Below the pieces are notes generated by a model, which was not told where the DNA came from, did not search any database, and worked only from the letters and a program-made list of their open reading frames with translations. 64,000 nucleotides of DNA from Tubiluchus corallicola (Eukaryota > Animalia > Priapulida): assembly GCA_030141605.1 (NCBI GenBank), contig JAQGDQ010000002.1:124001-188000 (forward strand), written 5' to 3'. Positions 28,101-40,704 of the stretch are shown one piece after another (the first letter of the stretch is position 1; the number at the start of each line of letters is the position of its first letter). Position numbers and translations under genes: made by a program.

Positions 28101-31100
28101 CCATCAGGAGTTCCACGGTTGGAGAAAAGGAATGACACCTGATGATTAGACTCGGGTCGCAGCGACAGGAAATCCCAAAACATGTCTGGATCCTAAGAAA
28201 TAAATAAAAATTTTATAAATTTTTACAGAAAATATTTCAAAATATAATCAAATAACAAATACAAAGTGAAAACACTCCACTATACATGCATTTCATGCAA
28301 TTTTTATATACATGTAACACGCAAACTAACACCTTCCCTAGCAAAACCAAAAATATTTGTACAAACCTTTCTTCTTATCATTACCCTACATTTACATTTA
28401 TATTGCAATCAAGACTGTGTGTACAAGAGCAATAGAAGACAAAGATGAGATTTAAATGGCAGTAGTGTCTTCATCATCGCATTATGTTTCAAATTGTGCT
28501 TCCATGTTACATTCATGTACGACAACTAATCTTTACCTTAAAATTTATTGTCAACAAAATTTGCACGTGAATTAACTACAGTCTTTGTTTAAGATTATGA
28601 TTTCACAGAGGAACAAACAAACACTTGCTAAATGTTTTAACCTCGTAAACAATTGTGACGAAGATAGCGTGGGACCGAATCATCGCGCACTCGAAAAATG
28701 GCATTTACTTTAAAAAATTCTTATTGCAAAGATACATCATATTAGCAGCATCTATTTATATATAGCTCATTATACAGAAATTTTTATTAAGCAGTAATAC
28801 TTTCTTTGTATCAATGCGAAAAAATCTGACAACAGTTCGTATCTACTTTTGCAATTTTGCATGAAATACAATAATTTAAGAGTTTGTAAACCAAAATGAA
28901 AGGCTAGAGTTTACACTTCCTCACACACAAGAAATTAGTTCGGGAATAGGATTAGGGTTAATTTTGGGTTAAGATTAGGATTAGGGTTAGGGTTGGGTAT
29001 TTAAATTGCATGGAGAATTGTAAATGCTTCCAAATGAAAATAGATGAAAGGTTCACTTACATTATATGTTATACAGGTAGCAGTTACTCTAAAGAGAAGG
29101 TTTGCAAAATTTTTGCAGAATTTCTTAACAGTTGGTGAAAACACAAATAAAAGTGAACAGCTATAAAGATGACTTAAAACGATTTAATAGCAATATTTAC
29201 ACTCCCCTTGCTGGAGTCATCATCAGATGTAAGGAATTTAAAATTTTTTACTTCATCTCTATAGCCATTCAGTTTTATTTGCATTAAGGTGTCAACATGT
29301 CTATTAAATCAACTTGTGAAAAACAATGTATTTAGTTTATTCTTCCTTTACGTACCTTCAAGTTCGTCACAGGATTCCGCTTTTGAGTATGAATAAAATT
29401 TGGAAACTGAAAGGAAGGTAAATTATTGAGCTTGTTTAAGAACTCATCTTTGTGAAATCATACATAGATCCAATTATTCATACAAACTCACTTCAACTCA
29501 GTTCATTAACACCTCAGTGCTGGTAATTAACAACTGGACTTTTATAAGAAATATAAAAAAGGAATCTCAACAATCACACATCCATAAAAGTGGCTCAGTG
29601 TTATGCGACAATGCAGTATACAAAATGCTAAAACCACATACCATTATAACTGGAATTAATCTCACTAACTAGTTATCTAATACGTAGGTAAAACAACTTC
29701 CTGCAACACAAGAAACTTCTAGCAAAATGACTGATTAAAAAAGAAATCAAGTAATATGCATGATCTTTGTGAGACTGCTTTTTATTTGTGATTCCAAAAT
29801 TTATTCGAAAACCTTTAAATCTGAATTCAAATTCGAATTTTGAATTCGGTTTCATTCGAATACGAAAACTAATTTGCTTTCTGATAGAGAATGTTCACCC
29901 CTAACAAAAACCCTACATTTTTTGCTTCAATACTTACCTAAAGAAGGTAATTTGTTAAGTTAAATTTCAAAGTTGCAGTTTTACAACATCCCGGAAATAT
30001 TGTTGCAACAGCATAGTAGCTTTACAGTGTGGTTCTTAAAGGAGTTAAAAAAAGTTCCGATTTTCTTGAAAATTTATGTGTTCTAGGAAACATGAATTCA
30101 TATCAGTGATGGCCACAAAAGCAATGTCATGGGCATTCCAAGGAAACTAGACAAGTGACCCACTCATAGGCTTATAATGCGCTTCAATAAAAACATTAGA
30201 ATTTGTGAAGAAAAGGCAATAATTCTTCTGAAATTTTAAGAATGACACTTTGACAGTCTAACTGTTCATCATGCTCTGTAAACACTTGACCTGAACAGTA
30301 AATGCATTAGATTTGCACTTACAAATATGGGATCACGGATGAAGAAAATTGGAGTGTTGTTGCCCACCAAATCCCAGTTTCCCTCTTCCGTGTAAAATTT
30401 AATGGCAAATCCACGTGGATCTCTAGCGGTGTCGGCAGAGCCCTTTTCACCTCCTATAACACAATGTAAAGACTGAACTTAAAATTAAAATATTTCAGAA
30501 AAGGCGCATGTCCTTGACTTGTTCTGAAATTTTTATTAAAAACAGTTCTGAACAGCAAGCAATTGATAATTTATGCAAGAAAACAGTGGACTAGACATAA
30601 CAATTTAAATAACACTCTATATATACATATAGTGTTATTTAAACAGTTATGTCTACTCCTTTGCCTTTTCTTGCATAAATTTACTCAATATTTCCTGTCT
30701 AGTTATAAACACACAAACTTTATTTTGCTCTGTGAGATAAAACAAGAGTAAAAATCTTCAATAATTACGATTTAGTATGCATACAAAAGTAGCTTTGAAA
30801 TTAGGCAGCTTCAGGAGTCAGTTTTTGCAAATCGTTACGTTTATTCAAATGAGTATTACAAGAGAGCTATACATGATACAAAATATGCCTTTATATGATA
30901 AATTTCATATTATTATTATTAATAATTTATTAAGAAATGAATAGAACCATTCAAATGAACCATCTATAGTCAACCTCGGGTATCAGGTACTTGCTTATAA
31001 GGGACCACCAGCACCGGTACCGATTTTTCGTAACGTTTTCCTATGTAAAAATCTTCATATATAAGGGACTTTCGGTTATAAAGGACGATATCGTCAGGTC

Positions 31101-34100
31101 CAGTGTAATAGAAACCCAGGTAAATTACCTCGCATATAAGGGACCCGATGATTAAAACGAAATTGATCGATTTTTAACCTCAATTTTCCGCAAACTTGGC
31201 CTTCCAACAGCTCGGTTTCAGCGGTCACATCACTGAACGAGCTTCCTACATACTGTCTGCACTGAATGTGAAGCAATAATCCATAAAAATATGGGCAAAA
31301 GTACAGAAAAGTACAAGCCTAGATACACCCACGGTCTGACTCAACTTCGGCTATAAGGGACATCGGATATAATGGACAGTTTTTTCCGGTCCGGAGGTGT
31401 CCGTTATATCCAAGGTTGACTGTATTTGCAGGTCACAGTCAAGAAGTTTACATAAATGTTAGAGATCAAACTTCTTTACAACATCACAACATACATTTAC
31501 ATTGAAATACAAAAATGACTACATTAACTGCAATACAAAATTTTTCAATGACCAATTACATTTGACTATATTTTTGCTTTTTGAAAGACCAGCAAACAGA
31601 TCTAGCCTAATTACAAGATTTCAAGAATAATTATAATTTCAAGTATTATTTTTCAAATAGTTGGTATTTCTGCTTTATTACAAGTATAATAAATGGGACA
31701 TTACAAATTTTATTACAAGTTGTTATTTGTAGACACACGATAATAACACCTGAATACTGTTTCTACATACAATTAGACATCTTAATTAGTTGCTGATCAT
31801 TCGCATTCTAATTCATTTTGCAAAAATGACACAGTCAGCTAGATAGCATTCTACCCTATATGCCTTTATGATATAGTTTCCAGATCAAACCTTCTAACCA
31901 TATGCTATCAAAGGCATTTTTACAATTGCATAATATAGCCAAGCTCCTTTTTTTCTCAATCATTTGACTTTCAATATTCAAAATACACTTGATAAGGTCC
32001 TTAGGAAGTTTGCCACAGTATGACTTGACTAGGACACTAGGATCACTATAATCTACCTAACCTCGCTTCCAAACACAAATTAATTAAGTTCATGAAAACA
32101 GTTTTGGCCACCTTCTTTCCAAATGCAAACTAATTAAATTCATGAACACAGTTTTGGCCCAGAAGCCCATATGGCAGATCATTGAAGGATGACATCCATC
32201 TATGTCTAGGCTTTTGTTGTCGGTTTTTGTAATTTTTATGGCTAGATTAATTTCGCTCATTGTAAAGTCAATGTGAACCATCGCCTGCCTGCATGCTGAT
32301 CTATAGGCTGACAGGTAAAGCTTTGCACCTGTGGAAACCACTTATCATCCAAAGTAGCTCCATCTACATGCGATCCCCTTAAAGAAAGCTCGTCGTAAAA
32401 TTTACACATTTTTCAACTTCATTGATGTAATAGCTGTTTTACACTTTTGGCGTTTCATTGCTAACATCTGAGTTTATAGTAATCACATTTTTCCTTTCAC
32501 GTTATAAAAGTTAAAAAGTTATTGTTTTTCAAAACTTTCTTTTACATCAGCTATGCTACTTGACTAGGCAGGTTGGACAATCTCAGGTAATTTTTTTGTT
32601 AACTTCCACAGGTCGTTTGATAACTACATGTGCTTGTTAGTCCTCTATGGTTTGCTGTGCTCTGTAATAGTTCTTTCTGCTGTAAGACTTCATTTGTCAA
32701 TTTTACCTTTGCCGACAAGTGATTCTACACACTAGAAAGGTCTGTTTTACAAATGTGTGCACAGGGTTTGAAACTCGCTACTTTCCAGAAATTTCGCACA
32801 GTAGAAGGTGTCCATCTTGCAAATGTATACACAGGGTTTGAAAGACTTTGTGTGTTGTTCTCTAATACCTCTAATGTATTCTCCATGTGTTTATTCTTTC
32901 ATATATGTGATCAGTTAAACCAATCCCTGTCCTTAAAGTCATAAGATTGTCGAGTATTTGCACGACTCTCATTGTTAAATCTAATTGTTGTAACCACTGG
33001 ATAATGGTCCACTAAAGGAGCCCCGCTAAAAAGTTCGATGTTTTTGTCTACCATTTGCGATTAAATACTAGTATTTAACCCATGTGAGGCCAAAATTAGA
33101 TCAAAGGTGCTGAAACCCATTAAGTGCTTTACATGTTGAGTTTCCTTTACATTTGTGCAACAATTTCAAATTTATCATTGCTACTAATTTCCCAGCTCTG
33201 TAATTCATTGCCTTGGTTTTTTTGTAGTCATTTAAAAACTTTTCATTAATTCCAGGGAATTTGGCTTTATGTATAAGGAGCACACGAAAAACTTGAATGT
33301 TTTTGCAGTAACTACAACCCATACTGAGTCTAGAGGACCATGTTGGGATTTGAATCTGGAATGACAGTACACTACTACTATTTAGATTGCTTCTTACACA
33401 CAGCGCAACTCCTCCTGAATGTGCATTGGGCAGCTTAACGTTAAGTCTTACTTATAGTTTCCCAGATCACAATTTGGGTGGCTCATCTGAGTAAATTTTG
33501 TTTAGCCCGAGTGGCAATAACGTCAAAATTAATATCGCACCCATGGGGCTACTTGTGAGTTCTGTGACAAAAAGATGATATTAATCTGACAAATTTTTAA
33601 CAGATAACATTTTTGTGAGGCTTCACAAACATTCCTCATTAGATTTATGGGATATGAAGTCATTCTAGGAAATACTTAGGTTGTTGGCTTCCTTAACGTA
33701 AATCTGACATTGCCTACTCAATGATCAATGGGCTTCAACTTTGTTCGTGCTTTTGTTGTGCACTGCATGTTAAAAACAATCTTAGCATGCGGAAGTAGTT
33801 TACGGCTTTTGTTTTAAATTGCTTGAATTTTACACCCGAGTAGTATCTAGCAATTTTCATATGAAATAAGAAGGTCATGGTGGTACGACAGACTCAGAAT
33901 AGCACAAAAGGCTATTCAAACCTTAAAACCTCATCAAACCAATTTTCAAAAAGTTATAGTCAATTTTCATACATGTATACAAATTTTTTTAGAATAAACA
34001 ATTTTTTAGCTATTTTTAACTCCTATTTAACTAACTCCACTTCCACCTCCCAGCTACTGCTTTATCTTAACAATACTGTTTTAACAATTGTTAGTTCGCA

Positions 34101-37100
34101 CAAACATCTTGGTCTACATCTTCAATCTAATATGAAATGGGATGTTCATATACTGCCTTCAACAGAGAAAGCACATAAACTGTTCGATAAGCTGAAAAAA
34201 TTTCTTATGTGCTACCGTGTCCAGTTTTAGAACAACTTTAGAAATATATGATCTGCCTCATTTTGGAATATGCTGATTTTGTTGGGTGTAATATACCTAA
34301 TTGCCTTTCTGATTATCTCAAAAATGTGCAAAAACATGTGGCCTTTATTTGCTCCAAAGCAATTAAATGATATTATATATAACATATATTATATATCAAA
34401 CATATTATATGACAATGGATTTGATCTGCTAACTGACAGAAGACTTTTTTACAAACCAGATTTTATAAAATTGTCAATAGATTGTGTTCATCTTTTCTAT
34501 GTGAATTACTGCCTCCTACTAATAATGAATTATCTGCTTATTTGTTAAGAAATCATAATATCTTATCCTTATTTTGAACTCACTGTGATTACTTTCATAA
34601 TTCTTTCTTTCCTTTGGCTGTCCATTTGGAATAAACTTCCTTCTTATATACAATTATCAACCTCGACCAGTAACTTGAAACATTATTTAGATAATTACAT
34701 CGGTTTCGTAAACAGACCCAAATATTTAACTCATGGCAAAATTCGAACTGTATACACCATATTCGCTTAAGAATAGGTTTTTTTCAGCTTAATTATCATT
34801 TAAATATGTATGGTTGTAAAGATTATAGTGGTAATATTGTTTGTAAGTGTTCTTGTGGTTATCATATTGAATCTATTACCCATTATTTGCTCGAATGCTC
34901 TCTATATACTGTAAGTAGAGAGCAACTCATACACAAGTTATCCATTTTGTACTTAAATAACACTATTCTATCTGGCATTATTCTTTCGGATACTGAATCT
35001 CTAATCAGTATACTCTTTAAATAGTAGTACCTTCTAAACCATGACCAAGATATAATTATATTTGATACTGTTCCACCAACATATATAAAAAATACTCATC
35101 GTTTCGCTTATTAGTGTGGTACATTATAGGATTTTTCTTATTAGTACGTAGCATTGTACTAATGTACGTATTTCAATGTATATTAATCTATTTCTATGCA
35201 TTTCATCTTCAATAGCTACACCACCTGTTTCTTCTTCCCGAGGGCAATTTATCAGTGGTCAAAGGTTTGTTTGTCTTTACGACAATAATAAAAATATGAT
35301 AATATAAAAAAACTCCTATGCAAATATTTGTAAAAAGCATTGTTGCATACATACCAACAGTAGAGAATCTGACAACCAAGGGTGTTCTTTTACCAATGTG
35401 TTCAAACACTTTGCTCTTTGTGTATTTAGTAATATCATGTGTAACTTCAAAATACCCAAATGCACCTACACAAAGTACAAGACAATGCATTATTTATATA
35501 CAAGAGCTGTTATATGTAGCCTAAAAATTAGTTTAAAATGTTTAAACACATATTTTTCAAAATGCAATTAGTATTACATATTATATGCTTATATACGACT
35601 TGTTTTCTGATAAATTTTACATCTAAGTAATCTAATGTTAAATGACAATAAAACACAGATTATACAACTTCAACCTACAAAAATCTAAGAATTAGTGAAA
35701 ATCCAATGCAAAAACTAGCCCTATAATTCACGACATAGGAGTTTGGTTTAATAAATATGCTACCATGTCTAAGAATGTTCAATTATAGTGAGTGAAGCAG
35801 AAAACAAATTGCCATAACATTAGAAGCAAGTGCTCTACAAAATTGAAATTTCACTGCGTGATGCCACGATACATTAACCTTTGGCTACAGAAGTTATGTT
35901 TATACTTTTAATAGTTTTTAAGTAATGACTAAAAAATGCTTGCCCCGTTAAAAATTTAAAAGTAAGTTAGCCAATCATCACTGGTAAAATAGCAATGTTG
36001 ACGCATTTAAAGCACTTAATAATCAACACACAGCAAAATAATAAAGAGATCAACCAGCTTACATCATAGCCTGCGCCACAGAAAACAAAGTACTGATAAA
36101 GATCTGTTGCACACAATCAACTACGGTATCTGGAATTCCCATAGCAAGAGTATGGCAGAACCGTTCAATGTAGAAGACATAAAAGCAAAAATTGTTGAGT
36201 GCTGGGAACAAATATCCCTTAAACAAGTGAGAAACTGTCAGCTTTACTTAGTTTGCAGTGAAAATGGTGGACATGTAGAGCACTTACTATAAATTATAGC
36301 AATAGCGACGCAAATTTTTGGCTTGTTTTAAAACCGCTGTATATTTGGAAAAATTTTTAGGGAATGATTTAAAATTTTTGATGTTTATATACAAGTAACT
36401 TCTAAACGATTCTGTTATTTTCTCTTTATTATATCGTGATCAAAATTTAGGCACATTTTTTGTGCCACCTAATATATAAGAATTGGGAGAGGACCCATAA
36501 TTTACATCACCATCAAGCTAAAACATGTTTGCACATTTTCATTTTGATTATTGTTAAATTACATGGCCATTTTTAAAGTATTAGTGTATTAATTCAGTGC
36601 AGAATTCCGTCACTGCCATGCAAATACTGACTAGGAAAATGGAGGACAGCTTCTGTAAAATAATTCTTACTCTTGGTGTTGCTTGTGTGGAAATATGGTC
36701 TTTAATAAAATTTTTTTTGCACGTTCATCAGCATGTTTTATCTCAGAATCAGATGCCACATGACATTTCTAATGATTCTGAATAATGAACACACAAGGCT
36801 AGTAAATGTTTAAATGGAGAGTTAGGCTTTTACCAGCAAAAACCACCGAAGCATGTTGTTTTGCTACTTCACACCTGCTACTGTGAAACAATTTATCAAT
36901 TCAGTTTGTAGACCATCACTTTAAATCTTCAAAAACTCAAATTCAATTGCTACATACTGTAAACTATTTTGCAATTGTGTGTACTATTTGTATAGCTGAT
37001 CTTGTCAATTCAAATCAGTTTTCTACTAAAGCTTCTACTAATTATTTTAGCATTGACTTTCACAAGTGATATGTAAATTGTACATAGTGCTGAAATTTTT

Positions 37101-39334
37101 AAGGTGCATTGGTTATAAAGTTAATTTTTACTATTAAAATAATTTTATTTTTATGTATTCAAGTTATTATAATTACCAGCACCCTTGGCATGAACCACCC
37201 TTTCAGGGATACGCTCCCTGTTGAAATGCGCCATCTCATCTTGGAAAACAAAGTCCTGCATGAGAAGAGGACCTCTCGGCCCTGCTGTCTGTATACATAG
37301 CTTGTCTCCAATTGGTGCACCAGTACTGGTTGTCAGCTGGTCTCTGGCCTAAACAATTTCATCAAAATGTTTAGGATAAAAACCAAGGTCTTTGTGAATG
37401 CACAGGTTGTACTTACGTGGGCTCAAGTGCTTACCAAGAGACGTATTTATGTGAAACACCAATTTCAGAAAAATACACTTTGGTCAGCTAGGTCTTAAAT
37501 TGCTTATAAGCATTCTTCCATTGTCTGATAAATTTCAGAATGCGTGCAACTTATAATTAAACAACTGTTGCAAATTTATGGTACAAAGTATAAATATGAT
37601 ACATCAATAGAAAGCCTTTTCTTGATCTATGCTTATCCACCATATTAAAAAGACACCTCATAATAAAATTTGTATCATCCTAGGACTCCATAGTCTCCAA
37701 TTTAACTGGAATCGACTTTTAGTACAGTACTGGTCTACAGTGAATATTTACTATCTGTTGATATGCTGTAAACCGAGCAGGTGAATTTTGTTTTAACAGC
37801 GGAAAATGAGAATTACTGTTAATTAAGCGTATTGTTAGGATTAGCTGTCACCTTGATATTTAATACCTGAAATTGTCAATTTACAGGTAGCATAATCATT
37901 TCAAGCATTTTTTGGCTACAGAGACATGTTTAACATAAAGATTAATGAATTTGGTGAAAATGTAGAAACCACCTGGTCTGAATTTAGCCTATTTTCAGTT
38001 AGAGCTCAATGCCTTAATGCCTCATTCTTTGCCTGCTCAATTTTTATGAATGACTGAAGTTGTCTATTGTCCGTGTGTGTTCTACTGACAAGATATTAAC
38101 AATTTCAATATTGCTTTTTTTCCTCTGCCTCTAGGTCTGTAAGTGAATAATTTAAGATGATATTATTATAGAAAGTTCTACAACTAGCAGCCTAGTGCTG
38201 AGAGTAATATTACTTTTATTTACCCAGCATAAAACGAACAAAGGTCACAGCAATTATGCAAACATTCATGCAGCTATCTGGTATTATTTTATCATCAGCT
38301 AAAGATAAATTTTGTGCAGATTGTACTTGTACATACTAAAACACACTCTTCAATATTAGTTTGAACAAAATATGCTGCTATTTTATAAAAAAATAAAGTT
38401 ACGTTTAATTTACACTTTAATAATAAAAGTTAATAATTTTTTTTAAATGTAATATAGCAACCAGACTATGAACAACCTTAACAACGCCTTTGTTTAAAAG
38501 ATCATTCTTATTCATGAAGCATTGCAAAGTTATGCCATACTTATCAAGCTTTTTAACTCAACATTGATCATCATATAATTTACGAACTTTCGATAAACGT
38601 TCCATAAGAACGCTGAATAACCATGATTTTTTGTAAACTTGTTCTCACAAACTAAATGATAAATCGGGTCCCAAATCACCAGACAAAGATGAAACAAAGC
38701 AAATTTTTTAGGTGTAAAAGCAAAAATGTCTAAATCACCATTCTGGCACATTCAGACTAGTGAGTTTTCTGTCGCAAGTATTCTTTTTGCTAGCAAACTG
38801 CAAGTTACTGTCACGAAATTATTGCAAATTCTCTGACAATTAATGCTGTGATTAGACTTCTTGCGAGCCACAGTCTAATGTGAACGCCTAGGCAAATTGC
38901 TCTCGACACCTCTTCAGCTCACACTTACTGTCACAGAGTTTTGGTCTCTAGTTTGAAAATGCTTGCAAGTTACTTGATGAGAAAAGTCGCTATTATGAAT
39001 GCGCCATTAGGAACATTGTAGAGCATAGATAGAAGCAGTTCACGCACTCTATAAATCTGCCACTGTATATAGTTAATAACCAGTAAAAAGGATAAAGCAA
39101 CTCAGTCACTCACAGTTAACACTGACTATTTCAGTATTTGCTAGTATCAGCTAATTTACATTACATACGTAACTAGGTGACTAACGTTTCGCAAATACCA
39201 AACCTTGTATCTATAATTTATGCACAAGATACCCTTATGGTAATTCTCGCTGTAACATAAGATACTTTGGTTAATACCCTTTTAGTTTCAGCAAACTCCT
39301 TCAACTGATTCGCTGCTCTGTCTCGGCCTGCCAT
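22150..39334 (-). CDS. CAT: Monofunctional heme catalase, complete, 12 coding exons, about 508 aa
   Basis: Exons 5'->3': 39278-39334 ([19 protein letters not shown]), 37177-37348 ([17 protein letters not shown], distal His), 35355-35465, 30323-30453 ([32 protein letters not shown]), 29356-29406, 28013-28192, 27679-27870, 27093-27245, 26014-26152 ([15 protein letters not shown], proximal Tyr), 25573-25724, 24542-24700, 22150-22179 (RARVAGSNL*). All boundaries are GT-AG and the total of 1527 nt is in frame. Confidence 0.97.
24771..25200 (+). mobile_element. Truncated Tigger/pogo-like element related to the copy at 3380
   Basis: Starts TA|CAGTAGTCGCCACTTAA, nearly identical to the TIR of the 3380-4732 element. 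No right TIR was found, so the end is approximate. Confidence 0.5.
26611..26842. repeat. Diverged direct duplication, period about 140 bp
   Basis: aactaaaaaa...agctttcaatgtaagta...gtcacata.ttagaacagca.tcataagcatc occurs twice with several substitutions. Confidence 0.8.
28907..29026 (+). repeat. Dispersed short element with internal degenerate TTAGGG array, copy 2
   Basis: gagtttacacttcctcacacacaagaaattagttcg...ttagggttaggg...gggtatttaaattgcatggagaattgtaaa. Confidence 0.75.
30967..31422. mobile_element. Tc1/mariner-pogo type MITE in catalase intron 3
   Basis: TIRs TAGTCAACCTCGG and CCAAGGTTGACTG flanked by TA, with several internal ATAAGGGAC repeats. Confidence 0.8.
33990..35110 (+). mobile_element. 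5'-truncated, frameshifted CR1-like LINE relic
   Basis: Fragments [31 protein letters not shown] (end of RT), [13 protein letters not shown] and [20 protein letters not shown] (Cys/His motif) occur in the expected order. Boundaries are approximate. Confidence 0.75.
36100..36470 (+). mobile_element. Tc1/mariner transposase 3' remnant with right end
   Basis: YGIW...[15 protein letters not shown]...[10 protein letters not shown] matches Tc1-like transposase C-termini, followed by a TIR-like cattttttgtgccacc. Confidence 0.65.
38745..39005. mobile_element. MITE (PIF/Harbinger-like) in catalase intron 1
   Basis: Imperfect TIRs of about 27 bp: GGCACATTCAGACTAGTGAGTTTTCT versus reverse complement of the right end GGCGCATTCATAATAGCGACTTTTCT. 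Confidence 0.6.
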
Positions 39335-40038
39335 TTTCTTTCAAAAAAGTAATATGCAGCAAACAACTTAAGTTTAAGCCAGATTAAGTTTACACTACGC
39401 CACACCGACGAACTAAACCACTTCAAGCTCCAACAACAGAGTGGCCTAGACTTTTCTACCCTGGACAGCAAATTAGAATTTGCAGCAAATCACTTCGGCG
39501 TGCCGCGTTATACACTGTAAACAACAGTGCAAGGACGTACAGCATGCGATACACAAATGACTTGTGGCGCCACCCGTTTTTTCTTTTTTATATATACGTG
39601 TAAAAGTAGTGTATTTTCTTTTTAACATATAATTTGCAGTACGGTGAGTTCCTGTGTAACGCACAGCAGTCCAAACTGCAGCTGCACTTAACTGAAATAA
39701 AAACAGTCTAACATCATTACATCTTTGAAATGAAATTTACAAAGCAAATGATCATCTCCTTTGATCAATACATTTGTTCTGAGAGCAAGTATACAGTTAT
39801 ATTCAACAATAAATAAATAAATTAACAACATAATGCCACGATAAGCCCCATTGTGCATACATTGTTTCACATTAGTAAGACCTTTACTGCACAGTTTCAC
39901 AAAATTAAAACTGCAATATTTAGGTCTGGATTACAGGCCATCGTAAACTCAAATATAGTTAAATCAGATCTGTTTCAAAAAAATCTAACGGCAGTGCGCA
40001 AATGACTATAATTGTTGGCCACAAACGTAATGAGCATA

Positions 40039-40091
40039 AGCGTGCTATTTAGCGTGCTAAGTGTAGCGTGCTATTTAGCATGCTAAGTGTA
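40039..40091. repeat. Short tandem repeat upstream of catalase
   Basis: agcgtgctatttagcgtgctaagtgt occurs twice, with an internal AGCGTGCTA subunit. Confidence 0.75.
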
Positions 40092-40704
40092 GAGTGTGTC
40101 ATAAGTCATTGTACACTTTAATTTCTATTTTCTTTTTAAACTTTTCTCTTCTGAAAGGTTTATGTTCGTAGTTTTTGCACTCTTAATATTTAAAATATGT
40201 TGAATATATTGTATTGTCTTTTAGATCCCTGGTGGCACAAAGTGCTGAAATATGTATTGGAAAATAAAATCTATTTAGAAAAATTCCAGAACTATGTCAT
40301 GATATTAGTAATGCAAGTGTTAATCATTAGCAGATGCCCTTGAAGAAGGTAGCGGAAAAACGAAGCCTACCACTACCAGTACAGCAGTACTTTTCAGATT
40401 TTCGGCTAATTTGACTAAAAGAATTGCCGAAAATTTTACTTTATCCATATCTATTTTCAAGCATTTCGCTTTGTCTGTTACAAAAATATAGACGTAAAGT
40501 GTATAGTCACTTCTGAGACACTCCGTATAAATTATTAAAATTAATTAAATTAATAAGCACTATAAACTTGGCTTATTGATACATGACTCAAAGGAATAGT
40601 AAATACTACACAATATACTAGTAATAAATGCCGTTACAATTACAAAATAGCCCAGTGCTAAAAATATTATTACTTAGGTAGCTACATGAAGACTCAATAG
40701 CTAC

